Assembly (NCBI GenBank): GCA_964187785.1
Contig: OZ076409.1
Span: 62,870,001-62,934,000 of the forward strand
Source of the DNA: Amphiscolops sp. MND2022
Lineage: Eukaryota
DNA: 64,000 bases
Direction of reading: 5' to 3'
Below, piece by piece: positions 12,801 to 24,800 of the stretch. The position numbers and the translations under genes are program-made. The notes beneath the pieces were generated by a model. That model searched no databases. It was not told where the DNA came from and saw only the letters and a list, made by a program, of their open reading frames with translations. Every line of letters starts with the position of its first letter. Position 1 is the first letter of the stretch.

Positions 12801-15800
12801 ACCCAAACGGCCAAGCAAGCGTGCCCGGAACGCTGCTAAGAGAGCCGCTGCCTCCTTTTAGACTCAGTTGGCTACCCCCCCGCTTCTTCCAGCTGTCGAG
12901 ACAGTGTCCGAACTTCACTGATCGGTTGAAGTTTCTTCAGCTCTTCCTCCTTCTTTCAGAGTTGTGTCCAGTCTTGACTGACTGGTTGATACTCTGAAAG
13001 ATCGTTTCGTCCCTCAGCCGCACCACCGTCAACTGAGACCGCGTTTCGTCGACGCGACTTTGAGTTTATCGTGTTCCGTCCTCGTAGTCTGTGACTACTT
13101 TTAACTTAAAACAAAAAAAATCGCCAGTTTCTTTGTAGAAGCACTGTACAAACACAGTGTTGTCACCGATAAACACCGTTCTTCTACCGAACTTTTTCTT
13201 GAACTGTGTCCAAACTTAATTGTTTGGTTGACGTCTGAAAAAGTACAAACGCCCACCGATCCTCAAATTTAGCTACGGTCATGTCTGACCCCGTTAACGA
13301 AAAGGTGCAAAAGTTGTATGACAGTCGCGCGAAAGCCGAAGCCGACTTGAACAGATATCAAAAGGACGTGACAGAAGCAGTAAACAATGCCGACAGACGC
13401 GTCCGCGTCGAACGGTTGGTCACTTCTTGCGAAGAGGCTATGACAAAAGCTTTCGCTAAGAACGAACAGCTACTCGAGCTTGCCAAGAAAACCAACGACC
13501 CGGCAACTGTCACAGCGGACTTAGAAAAATGGTTGAACGTCACGAGCATACAAAATGATGAAATTTTGAGAAGCGCAAGGGAATATATCGACCAATGTCC
13601 CAAAACAGATAATTCTTCACAAACTTCAGTCAAAGCTACCACCGTGAAGACCAAGTCTAGCAAAAATTCAAGCAGCAAAGCGTCGAAAACTTCAAGTCAG
13701 CGCCAACGAGACTTGCTTATTGCCAAACACAAGCGAGAAGAAGTTGAACGGCAAAACGAAGCTGCTTTACGATTAGCTAAGCAAAAACAAGAGCTCGAGC
13801 TTGAACAACTGCAAGAAGAGAACCGCAAACGACTTGCAGAAGCGCATCTAGTTGAACTTGAACTTCAGGAAGACCCATCTGAAGCTAACGAAGATGCTCA
13901 TGAGATTCTTTCGCGGTTGAGCAGAACAACAGATGCTAGCGAAACGCGCCGAGTTAGTGACTGGGTTAACAACTCGCCAATCGTTACCACGACTCAACAT
14001 GAGACAGTAACAGCAGTGACTGCAAGTCTAGCGACTTCTGTCGCAAATACTACCGTTTCCATCCCATCTCACCCACCTCCGGTTAATGTCTCTCAGCCGA
14101 CTTTCGCACCAGGTGATCACAACGAAACAAACGTGGCAGTACAACTACCAACAACTACCGTTCCATCAATGAGTTTAAATCACACTCCTGCGGTACAAAC
14201 TCAGACTCCTCCATTTACAGCGCAAAACTTGGGGAATATCGGACCTTCAACATCAGCTGTCATAGTACAACAACAAGTTCAACCGACAATCATCCCGACC
14301 CAAACTGGAAGTTTCAATGCGCAAGTTTTACCGCCACAAACGACAGCACGGATGCCCACGTTCACAATGCCGGTGAATCACATCCTCCCAAACTTGTCCG
14401 CATGGACCTTCCCGAACCCGACCGTTACCACCGCACCAATTGTAACAACAATTCCGCCCCCGACACAGCCGACAGCACCTACTTTCATGCCGCTCGCTCA
14501 CGCGCCAACCTATGCCGCTCCGACCGTACCCGTTACCGCTGGTGGAACTGTTTATTATGTACCCCCAGCAACCGTTACCACACCAATTGTGTACAGTACA
14601 GCTGCACAACCGACGACTTCCCTTAGTCCAACAGCCGCTACATTTGTGCCAACAGGAACTACGCCAATCCCGCAACCAAGTACAACTGGGTTTTCTATTC
14701 AAGATCTTGCTCTTTTGTTAGCTTCAACCAAGAAAGATCATTTGCCCGAGTGGAAGTTAGCACAATACAGCGGAGATCCGCTACAATGGCACGAATGGTT
14801 CGGCCAATTCAAAAGCGCGATCGATGCGGCACCACTAACAGACGATGTTAAGCTAACATACCTGAAAACCCTCGTAACAGGCAAAGCCAAAACTGCAATC
14901 TCTGAGTTCGCCTATTGTGGAGCGATGTATAGAGACGCTCTGAAGACTTTAGAACAGAAATTCGGTCAACCCCAGACTGTAGTAACCGCGTACCTGGACA
15001 AGTTATCGAACTTCCCACCTGTAAAGATGCACAACAGTGAGAGCATCATCAGTTACTCAGCGACCATCTGTTCTTTAGTCGGAGTCTTCCGGTCACTGAA
15101 TTACCTTCAAGATCTATCCAGTGCATCACTGCTGGGACAAGCTGTGCAAAAGCTTCCACCGAATATGAAAGAAGCATGGTCAATGCACACGGTGAAGCGG
15201 ACATTGGACAGGCCAACACTGATCGATTTCAACGATTGGCTCAAAGATAAGGCGGAAGCGCATGAGCGCATGAAGTCTGCCTCAACCAAGCCGAAAACCG
15301 AAGACAGTACTACTACTGCAACAAAGACCAAAACTGTCTCCAAAGTTTTTGCATCGACAGCCTCGTCTAGCCAACAAAGTTCGAACTCGAAGAGTAAAGT
15401 GGAACAACCGCCAAACTGTGTCGCCTGTAAAGACAAACACCCGTTGTGGAGATGTCCAGTTTTCAGAAAAAAGACACCCACGGAGAGAGCAAGAATTGTG
15501 GCAGACAATAAGCTCTGCTTTTCATGCTTCAACCAAAATCACACGTTTCGCCAGTGCCCGCAACCCCGCAAGTGTACGAAAGATGGATGCGGGAGTTCAC
15601 ACAACACTTTCTTGCACGGAGCCGACAGAATATTTGCCAAGAAAGCCACTAATGTGAACAAGGACAAAACTGAAACATCTGGTTGTATTGGGACGTCAAT
15701 GAACAACGAAAGATCAAACGAGAGCTCAGGCATGCCCTCCTTTGCCGATGTTAAAGGCCTCTTACAAGTAACGGAAGTTGAACTTCACGCGAATGGCAAA

Positions 15801-18800
15801 AGTGAAAAAGTCTTAGCACTGTGTGATTCTGCCTGTAGCCATTCCTGGATCTCAGCAAATCTGGCAACGAAGTTGAACGTTCATGGCACCCCGACCAAGC
15901 TTACTGTCCATGGCATAAATTCCAACCAAGTCGTAGACACGCAACTGGTGGAGCTTAAGTTGACACCCGTTCATTCGGGTGGCTCTTGCTCTCCCTTTGT
16001 TGTTAAACCGTACATCAGGGAAGACCTCAAAGTCGGAACTGACACCATCGAAGTCGAACTTTTGAAAACAAAGTACCCCCATTTGCAACCAATCTCTTTG
16101 AAAAGGTACAGCTACGCCGATGTTGAAATGATCCTAGGTCAGGATGTTTTCCACTCGATCCGCCCGCTGGAGTATTTCGATTCCGACCGCAAAAATGCTC
16201 CAGTTGCCGTTCGCTTACCGTTGGGTTGGGTTTTGAGTGGACCGCTCCCCTCGTCCTCAGGTCTCTATTCAACTTGTTTTAAAGCAGTCGCTTGTAACAA
16301 AGAATTGGACTCCGAACTTGCCGACCAACTCCGAAGCTGGTACGATATTGAATCGTATGGAGCGTACAAACAAGTAGATTCGCGTTCCGCTGCCGACGCG
16401 AGAGCGCTGAAAGTACTTGGAGAAACAACTTACCACGATGGTAACCGATACCATGTGGGAATGTTGTGGACCGAAGCCGACAGTAGTTTGCCGAATAACT
16501 ACTTTTCCGCGCTCGTGCAGCTAAAATCATTGGAACGTCGCCTCGACAAAGACCCTGAATTGAAACAACTTTATGCCAAAACAATTCACGACGACTTCAA
16601 CAAAGGGTACATCACCAAAGTTGACAAAAGCGACTGTTTCAAAGTAGACCAACCCCGCGAGTGGTACCTGCCACACCATCCCGTAGTGCACCCGCATAAA
16701 CCCGGCAAAGTTCGCAGAGTATTGAATGGCGCAGCAAAGTTCCAGGGCCAATCTTTGAACAACGCTTTGTTAACCGGACCGGACTTGCTACAAAGTTTGA
16801 TACACATACTGATCCGCTTTCGTCAACACAAGTACGCCGTCTCTGCCGATATCGAAGGTATGTTTCTTCAAGTCGGAGTCATTCCAAAAGATCAACCTTC
16901 ACTTCGTTTTCTGTGGCGGGAAGACCCAGCTGCAGAAGTCGCTGTGTATCAGTACATCCGGCACATCTTTGGATCGAAGGACTCACCAACATGTGCCAAC
17001 TACGCACTGAAGCGCACTGGTAGCGATAACCAAGACACTTTCCCTGAAGCAGCGAAAAGCGTTCATCGCAATTTTTACATGGATGACTACTTGGAATCAA
17101 GCCCTACGGTCGAAGAGGCCAGTAACAAAGCAAAGGACTTGGTCGCACTGCTTGCAAAAGGTGGTTTCAATCTAACCAAGTTTGTCTCCAACATTGCCCA
17201 CCTTCCACCCGATCTGCAACAAAGCGGTGAACTAGCACCGACCGACGAGAAGGTGATTCCGAAACCAGACGAGTCCTCACATGTCTTGGGACTTAAATGG
17301 AATCATGCCTGTGATACCCTCGTAGTAAGTCGGGGAACGAGCCCCGCTACGAACAAGAAACTTACTCAACGAGTGGTGCTGAGCGTAGTTTCAGCTGTCT
17401 ACGATCCCATTGGACTCGTTGCTCCGTTTACCGTCCAAGCAAGACTGTTGTTGAAAGACATCTGGAGATTAAGTGGTCAACAGTGGGATGACGATCTGCC
17501 AGACGAAATCGTAACAAAGTTCAACGAATGGAGCAAGGAGCTGCCAACTTTGAGCGAAATTCAAATCCCACGGAGTTATTTCGAACAGCGAGTCGAAACC
17601 TTGGAGCTTCATATGTTCGGTGACAGCTCTCAAGATGTCTTCAGCGCCGTCGCCTTTCTACGAGGAAAAGTTGCCACCGCGACTGGTTACACCACAGAGT
17701 TAGCCTTCGTCTTCGGGAAAGCCAGAGTGGCACCCATGAAGGCACTTACAATCCCGAAGCTCGAACTGCAAGCATCGTTGCTTGCCGCACGACTCCGAAA
17801 GGAAATCGAAAATGCTCTAACGGTCAGAGTTGACAACACTTTCATGTGGACGGACAGTACCACGGTCCTTCAGTGGCTCCATTCATTAGAGAAGCAACCA
17901 GTGTTTGTCACTAACCGTGTTGCCGAAATCCTGGAATTAACAACGGTGGATGAATGGAATTATGTCAAATCAAGTGACAACCCCGCTGATGCAGGAACGC
18001 GTGGTCTTTCAGCCAACTCACTTCGTGACAGTCCCTGGCTCAAAGGTCCTTCATTCTTGCGGACACACGACTGGCCGTTCGAACCACCAAAAGACGTTGA
18101 GATCAGATTGAAAGCGAAAAAGTCGGATCTTCCCAGTTCCGATCAAGAAACTTCGGAATTTTTGACTGCTTTAAGTGCAACTGTGATCGGCATCGCGACA
18201 ACTTTCGAGTGGCAGAAGTACAGCTCGTACGAGAAACTTCTGCGCGTTGTTGCTTACATCTTGCGCCTACTACCAAAAAACGAAGGTTACCGATCCGACT
18301 CTGGCTTAGTAACTGACCCGAATGAAATGCGAAATGCTGAAATGAGACTTTTCTATCTCATCCAACAAGAGTCATTTCCCGTCGAACTGAAGTGCTTGCT
18401 GAAACAATCCCCCGTCAGCAACTCTTCCAAACTCTCCCAATTCTCTCCTTTCATTGGGCCTCAAGGCCTACTGCGAGCAACCGGTCGGACCAAACAACTA
18501 ACAGTTTCCAACTTCGACGCAAAACACCCTATTTTACTGGACAGCCGTCACCCCGCCGTACGCTTGTACTTAGAGCAGCTCCATGAAACGCATTGCCATC
18601 AGGGTGTCGACTACATGAGGGCGTTGGTGCAGCAACAGTTCGCCATCGTCAAGCTTAGAACCGCCCTGAGGTCAATTGTCTCCAAATGTGTCACTTGCCG
18701 CAAACGTCGAGCGGAAACTCTTAACCCGATAATGTCCGACCTTCCTCGGGAAAGACTGGCATTCAAAGAGCGTCCATTCACGAAAAACGGGATCGACTAT

Positions 18801-21800
18801 TTTGGTCCGTTTTACGTAGCTGTGAAGAGATCAACTGAAAAACGATGGGGATTCCTATTCACTTGCTTAACAACCAGAGCTGTCCACTTTGAAGTTGTTC
18901 CGTCAATGGACACTAGTAGCTGTGTTATGGGGATCGAAAGATTTGCCGCCCGTCGGGGCGTCCCATCTGTTTTGTGGTCTGACAACGGAACCAATTTTAT
19001 CGCCAGTGAAAAGGAGTTGCTACAAAACGTGTCAGCGTGGAATCAACAGACCCTGTCAGAAGCTTTGGTCAAAAAACGGATCCACTGGAAGTTCAATCCC
19101 CCCAGTGCTCCTCACCACGGAGGTGTCTGGGAACGAATTGTCAGGAGCTTCAAACACGTTTTTTATGCAATTCTTGGAAACCGTCGCCTAACGGACGAGA
19201 TACTAACAACTACCTTTTGTCTGGTAGAGCAGAGTCTCAATTCCCGTCCACTAGTACCCGTTAGCGCCGACGCTACGGATTTGGACGCGTTGACACCTAA
19301 CCACTTCCTGTTGGGAACCGCGGGTTCCACAATGCCATCTCACCAAAGAGCCGACGTAGACCACAAAAAACGCTACGCACGTGCACAAGCGTACTCAGAT
19401 GCAATTTGGGACCGTTGGTTAAGAGATTACGTTCCGTCGCTTAACCGCCGTTCAAAGTGGTCAACCCAACCAGATCGAGATCTCAAGACCGGAGACCTTG
19501 TCTGGATTGTGGAAACTACGAGTCCACGAGGACATTTCCCACTTGCACGTGTGGTTAAATTGAACTACGGTACTGACGCAATCGCTCGTTCGGCGGAACT
19601 GAAAACCGCAACAGGAAACCTCGTTCGACCCGTTGTCAAACTCGCACCCGTTCTCCCGTCCCCCGATTCCCCCAATCTTACTTAATCTGTACTAAGCTCT
19701 CGTTGTTCTCGCTTGTAATCGTATCTAATATGAATAAAATGTAACATGTACTTCGAAAATCCATGTAAACAGTTTTTCAAAAAAATTTTTTTTTGTTCAG
19801 TTTAACGTTCACATTGTTTTACATTCACATCTTCTTGGGCCCGGAGGATGTTGCAGAGCAAATATGGTTGAATTAAAACAAACAAAAATCAAGTGACCAT
19901 AGCACGGTCGGTAGAGTATGGGGCTCGGAATTTGAAGGTTATCGGTTCGATTCCCGAAACCGTCAAATATTTGCTACTTCTGAAAATAGTAAAATATATT
20001 TTTCAAATATCATTCAAATAATTTGCTATCTCGAAACTTTAATTTGTTTAATTATATTTGTAAACAATATTGATCTTTTGCAAGTTGTTTCGATTTATTC
20101 ACTGATGTCTTTGAATGTTTAAAACATTGCTAACAAAAAACTCTTTGCAAACGGACTGTATTCACCCGAAGGCTTACAGTTTAACATTGCTAATTTCTTT
20201 TTCTAAAGTTTTTGTTTCAAAGTTGCCGAAATTGCCTATCTTCAAAATGTTAAATGTTTGACTTCAAGTATGCTCTAAGATACTAATAAGAAGCTAATTC
20301 AGTTTTCAGAGTTTTTAAGAAACTACTATTTTATCTCAAATATTTTTTTAGAAATGATAGATAGACTTGGGATTGTTCTATTTTGATTTTGTTGATGAGT
20401 GTGTTTCGAAAGGTATCTGAAAACAGTGCAGAAGTTCATTGCGGCCAACCCACACCTGTCGATGGCGTACCAGGCACAGAGGTCGATCCAGGACGAGATA
20501 GAGCGCGAGTCGATGGGAGATGTGAAGACAGTCATTTGCAGCTACCTCATCATGTTCGGCTACATTACCCTCTGTCTGGGCAAGGTCGGCGGCATCGGTT
20601 GGAGGTCACTGGTCGATGTCAAGGTCAGGTCATCTTAGTTTGAATGAGCTATCCATGGTATTGTCACATGAATCACAAAAACTGAGTTTGCATCTTGAAG
20701 TGCGCTACGTTCAAGCGGCAATTGAATATGCTGTTGTCAATCGCATGTTATTTCCGGGTCCATGGATCTTCGCGTTTATCGATCACTGTTGATAATTTGT
20801 TTATTTGTTTCCACGTTTTGCTTGTTGCAAATAATGAGGTCGATTGAAAATAGTTTTTAATTTCGAAAAAAATGTCCTTTTTTGGAAACGGCAATAAATC
20901 AGTGGTGTTACTGCTGACTTCATTTCCTCGGATAACGCCAATTCATTAGGTATCATTGAGTTGTATATGTTTTCAAATAATATGTAGTTAGTTGGTTGTT
21001 TTTTAGGTCACTCTGGGAGTGGGTGGTGTGGCCATAGTGCTGTGCAGTGTGGCTTGTTCGATAGGAGTGTTTGGGTTCATTGGAGTACCCGCCACTCTCA
21101 TCATCATGGAGGTCGTGCCCTTCCTCGTGCTCGCAGTTGGAGTGGACAACATATTCATACTCGTTCAATACTTTCAGGTAAGTTGGAAAGCACAACACAT
21201 GCACGATACACAAGCGTTTTTGAACTTGAAAAACATTGAACGAACGTGGCTGAAAGCATCATCCATTGTTTTAAAAATATGAGAGGAAACACTATATTCA
21301 ATACTATCAGAAATAGTTACCGTTAAAAACCCAAAAATATATTTTAGCTTTTCTGCCCACGTGTTTATTGGCAACTACTTCGTGTTTAGAAGCTTCTTCT
21401 ATGCTACGAGTTCATTCCGAGCAAAAATGTCACAAACTGAAAAAAAAGTTTTCTTTGTATTTGTAATGGAAATATAATGTTTATACCAAGCTGCGATTAC
21501 CTGTACTGAATTTAGTCGGTGCTTTTTGAAAAAAGTGCAAGACTATAACTGGCTAGTTTTCAGTCGACGCTTTTACTAAGTGAAAGTGCCTTTTTGTGAG
21601 TGCACATTGACGGAATGGTCTTCTTTTATCCAAAAATATTCCCCTTTGATTATTTTACAATTTTATTCGAATAAAAAAACTACATGAAGGGGTCCGTGTT
21701 AGTTGATTACTTGATGCCTCAATTAAGGAACGCTCCTATTATTTTCATTGCTGTTAGAGCAATCCCGCCTTGTAAGATTTATTGGGTTCTTAATTCTATA

Positions 21801-24800
21801 ATAGGTACTACTAGTTCTTTGTTCTAAATTTTTCTCATTTCTAAATTATTCGATTGGAAGTGTTCGTTGTAGAGATATCGTCCCGAGAACAAGAACGAAT
21901 GTCTGGAGGTGCAGGTTGCCACTGTATTCAGCCGGGTGGCACCCTCGATGCTGCTGAGTAGCTGTGCGGAGACACTGGCCTTCTTCCTGGGTGCCATGAC
22001 TCCTATGCCCGCAGTCAGGACCTTCTCCCTCTACGCAGGCATGGCTGTCGCCTTCGACTTCCTCTTCCAGATCACATGCTTTGTCGGCCTTCTCACTCTA
22101 GATGCTAAACGACAGAGGGTATCATATTGCTTACATACTTAATTTCATTTCGGTCATTATTACAATCTCCTAATGTTGATTGCCCTGTTGCATTCAATGA
22201 TCTTTAGAAATAAAGAAAATTCTCAACTTTTTTCTTCTAAACTTTATCACTTCAAAAGGAGTGAGTTTGAAACGTCATTATCACTTACTCTGCTTCAGTC
22301 AAACGCTACTTTATTGTTGGGTGATTTGTGATTTTTTTTTTACAAAATTTGAAAATTACGATTGCTCCGAGTTTTTTAAAAGTGAAAGATATGCTTCTCA
22401 AATGTTCAGACATGCTCAGATTATATTCTGGGAAATCCAGCTGACATAAAAATACATATATAGCTTTTATAGCTACTCCGGAATGTTATTTTGAAGGATG
22501 CTCGCTTGGACGTGGTGTGTTGTGTGCCTGTGGATCATTGCGATAAGCCCCTACAACAGGAGGGCATGGTGTACTCGCTCTTCCGCAACTACTACTCGCC
22601 CATCCTCTTCAGTGACGTCATTCGGCCTCTGGTGATGGTCACCTTCGTCGGCTGGTTTCTCGCCTGTCTCTGTATGATCCCCCACATTCCCATCGGACTC
22701 GACCAGAGTCTCACCCTTCCCCAAGTGAGTGTTGCTAATGATAGTGGTAATGTAATGTCTCACGGAACCTTGCTTGACCGAGGTGTTGGTAAGGGCCCCG
22801 AGTAAGTGTCTTGAAAGTTCTTGCGTTTCGAGAGATTTCAAGTCAAGTTTTGCACTTCGGTTTGAGTGATTAATTGAACCATCAGCATCGAACGCCTTTG
22901 AGGAATTATGCAAGATATCAAAGTGATAATGTGAGCGATTTTTGTTGAAAGTTTCACAACCTATCTAAAATTTCTACAAATCTTTTTACTTTTTTTTCAG
23001 GATTCTTACATGCGGGACTACTTTACAGCAATATCAGAGGACCTCAATGTGGGTTCGCCCGTTTACTTTGTGATCAAGGACCCCTACGACTACGAAGACC
23101 CACAGCAGAGAAGTTTGCTGTGTGGATCTGCTGGCTGTGATGGCAATTCGCTTGTGCAGCAGATCAGTCTGGCTGCCTCCTCCAAGCATGTAACCAAAAT
23201 AGCCAAAATGCCAAACTCCTGGATCGACGACTTCATCGACTGGAGTAACCCTGTTACTAAATGCTGCAGGTGCGAATGTCCTTTGAAAAAATTGTCACTG
23301 TGCGCTCTATAAAACGAAATGTGACTATTATAGTGGCATTTCTTTGTTTTTTCTCCTTTTAAAATCCGCTCGAAGTGATGAAATACGATAAATGCTGTGT
23401 ATGAAGATTCCACAACACGCTTAAGATATAAAGGGGTCCAAGGTCTTTTAAAGTGCCCTCCCTTTCTTATTTTGACATTTTCGTTCTAATCACAAAACTA
23501 TGAGGGTTTCGGCACTGCGACTTTTTCTGAAAATTTATTCGTTCCACTAAAGGGTTCTCGCTTTGGTTTTTTGATGTTTACAGATAAGAAAAGCACGAAG
23601 GGCCCTCCCTTCTCATTTTTTGTGGCAGTGAGATTTTGAGAACTGTTTCAAAAAAGTTCCTAAGCGACCTGAAGTACTTCTCGCTTTTTAGCCCTTCAGA
23701 GGGGCGCCGATTTTTTCCGTTCTCGGTTCATTTGTATCATTCTTGATTCGTTATTATTTCATTATTTTTTGTGGATATCTGTTGAAAGAATGAGATGAGT
23801 CTCAAGACAATTGTTTTGTTCAGATAGCGTTTCTTCAAATTCAGTATTGTAGCCGATTTTAAATTTTTCGTACTCGTTTGTGCTTTAAAATGGCTTTGAC
23901 CTTTCTAGTGTCATTTTGAGTTCAAATAGCAAAATGGAATGTTTATAGGTTCTACGAAGATGACCCTGAGAGGTTCTGCAATGCCTCTGTGAAGTCGACC
24001 AACTGCGAAGATTGCGTAACTGGGTCGGAGAAGCTGGGTGGAGCGCAATTTGATCGTCTTCTGCCCTTCTTCTTATCCGACGTTCCTTCCATCGACTGTC
24101 CTAAGGGGTAAATTGACTTTCCTAAGCGGAATCATTTCATTTTCAGTGACCCCTCTCAGCTGGATTTAGGCACTTCCTTAATTTAATCTGAGAGATTATC
24201 ACGATAGAGACTTTAACGGTTCATGTGATCTTCGTTTACGTCAATAGAACTTTAATCTCTGTTGTAAGGAAATGTTAATCAAGACATACTTTTTTGAAAT
24301 TGATAATTCATTTGTATTATTTCTGCGATAACAGGTATAATAGAGAAATCTGAATTATTCAACTTTTTTCAGTTCGAGTTTCGTCGTGATTCCGAGTATC
24401 TACTAAAAAAATCAGATATTTTGTTCGGCAGTGAGTATAAGCGTGAGATTTAAATTTCTCAAGCTGCCGACAATTTATCGTTTTTCGTGCGATGAAACGA
24501 GCGAGTGGTAATTATGCATTCGTACGTTGAATTCATTGAGATGAAGCGAGCGAATGTTGGCGGTGTAAACTGGTAGAGTGATTAATTGTGCGCTATATAA
24601 ATGATTAAGATATGCTTCTATTATTGAACATGAAAGCCTAAAAGCAGAAATAATACTGTGCCCCGCAGGGGCCTATTTTATAACATACGGAATCCTCGTT
24701 TAAACTTGTGGCATTTACCGTTTAATAATTTCAAAGTTAATTATTTTTGCTCACTTGCTAAGCTATTTCCCTGTCCCTTTTCTGCTTGCTTGCGTGCAGA

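Larger units (their letters stand above)
11119..20186 (+). mobile_element. Full-length, recent BEL/Pao LTR retrotransposon (9068 bp) in an NPC1 intron
   Basis: TG...CA LTRs identical by eye; 5-bp TSD ttgct (11114-11118, 20187-20191); intact gag-pol; purine-rich tract before the 3' LTR. Confidence 0.97.

Noticed and set aside
12517..19264. Short antisense and alternate-frame ORFs overlapping the SGNH ORF and gag-pol
   Set aside because: Shadows of the real coding frames with no recognisable motifs.
19685..19848. env gene in the intact BEL/Pao element
   Set aside because: Only about 160 nt lie between the gag-pol stop and the 3' LTR.
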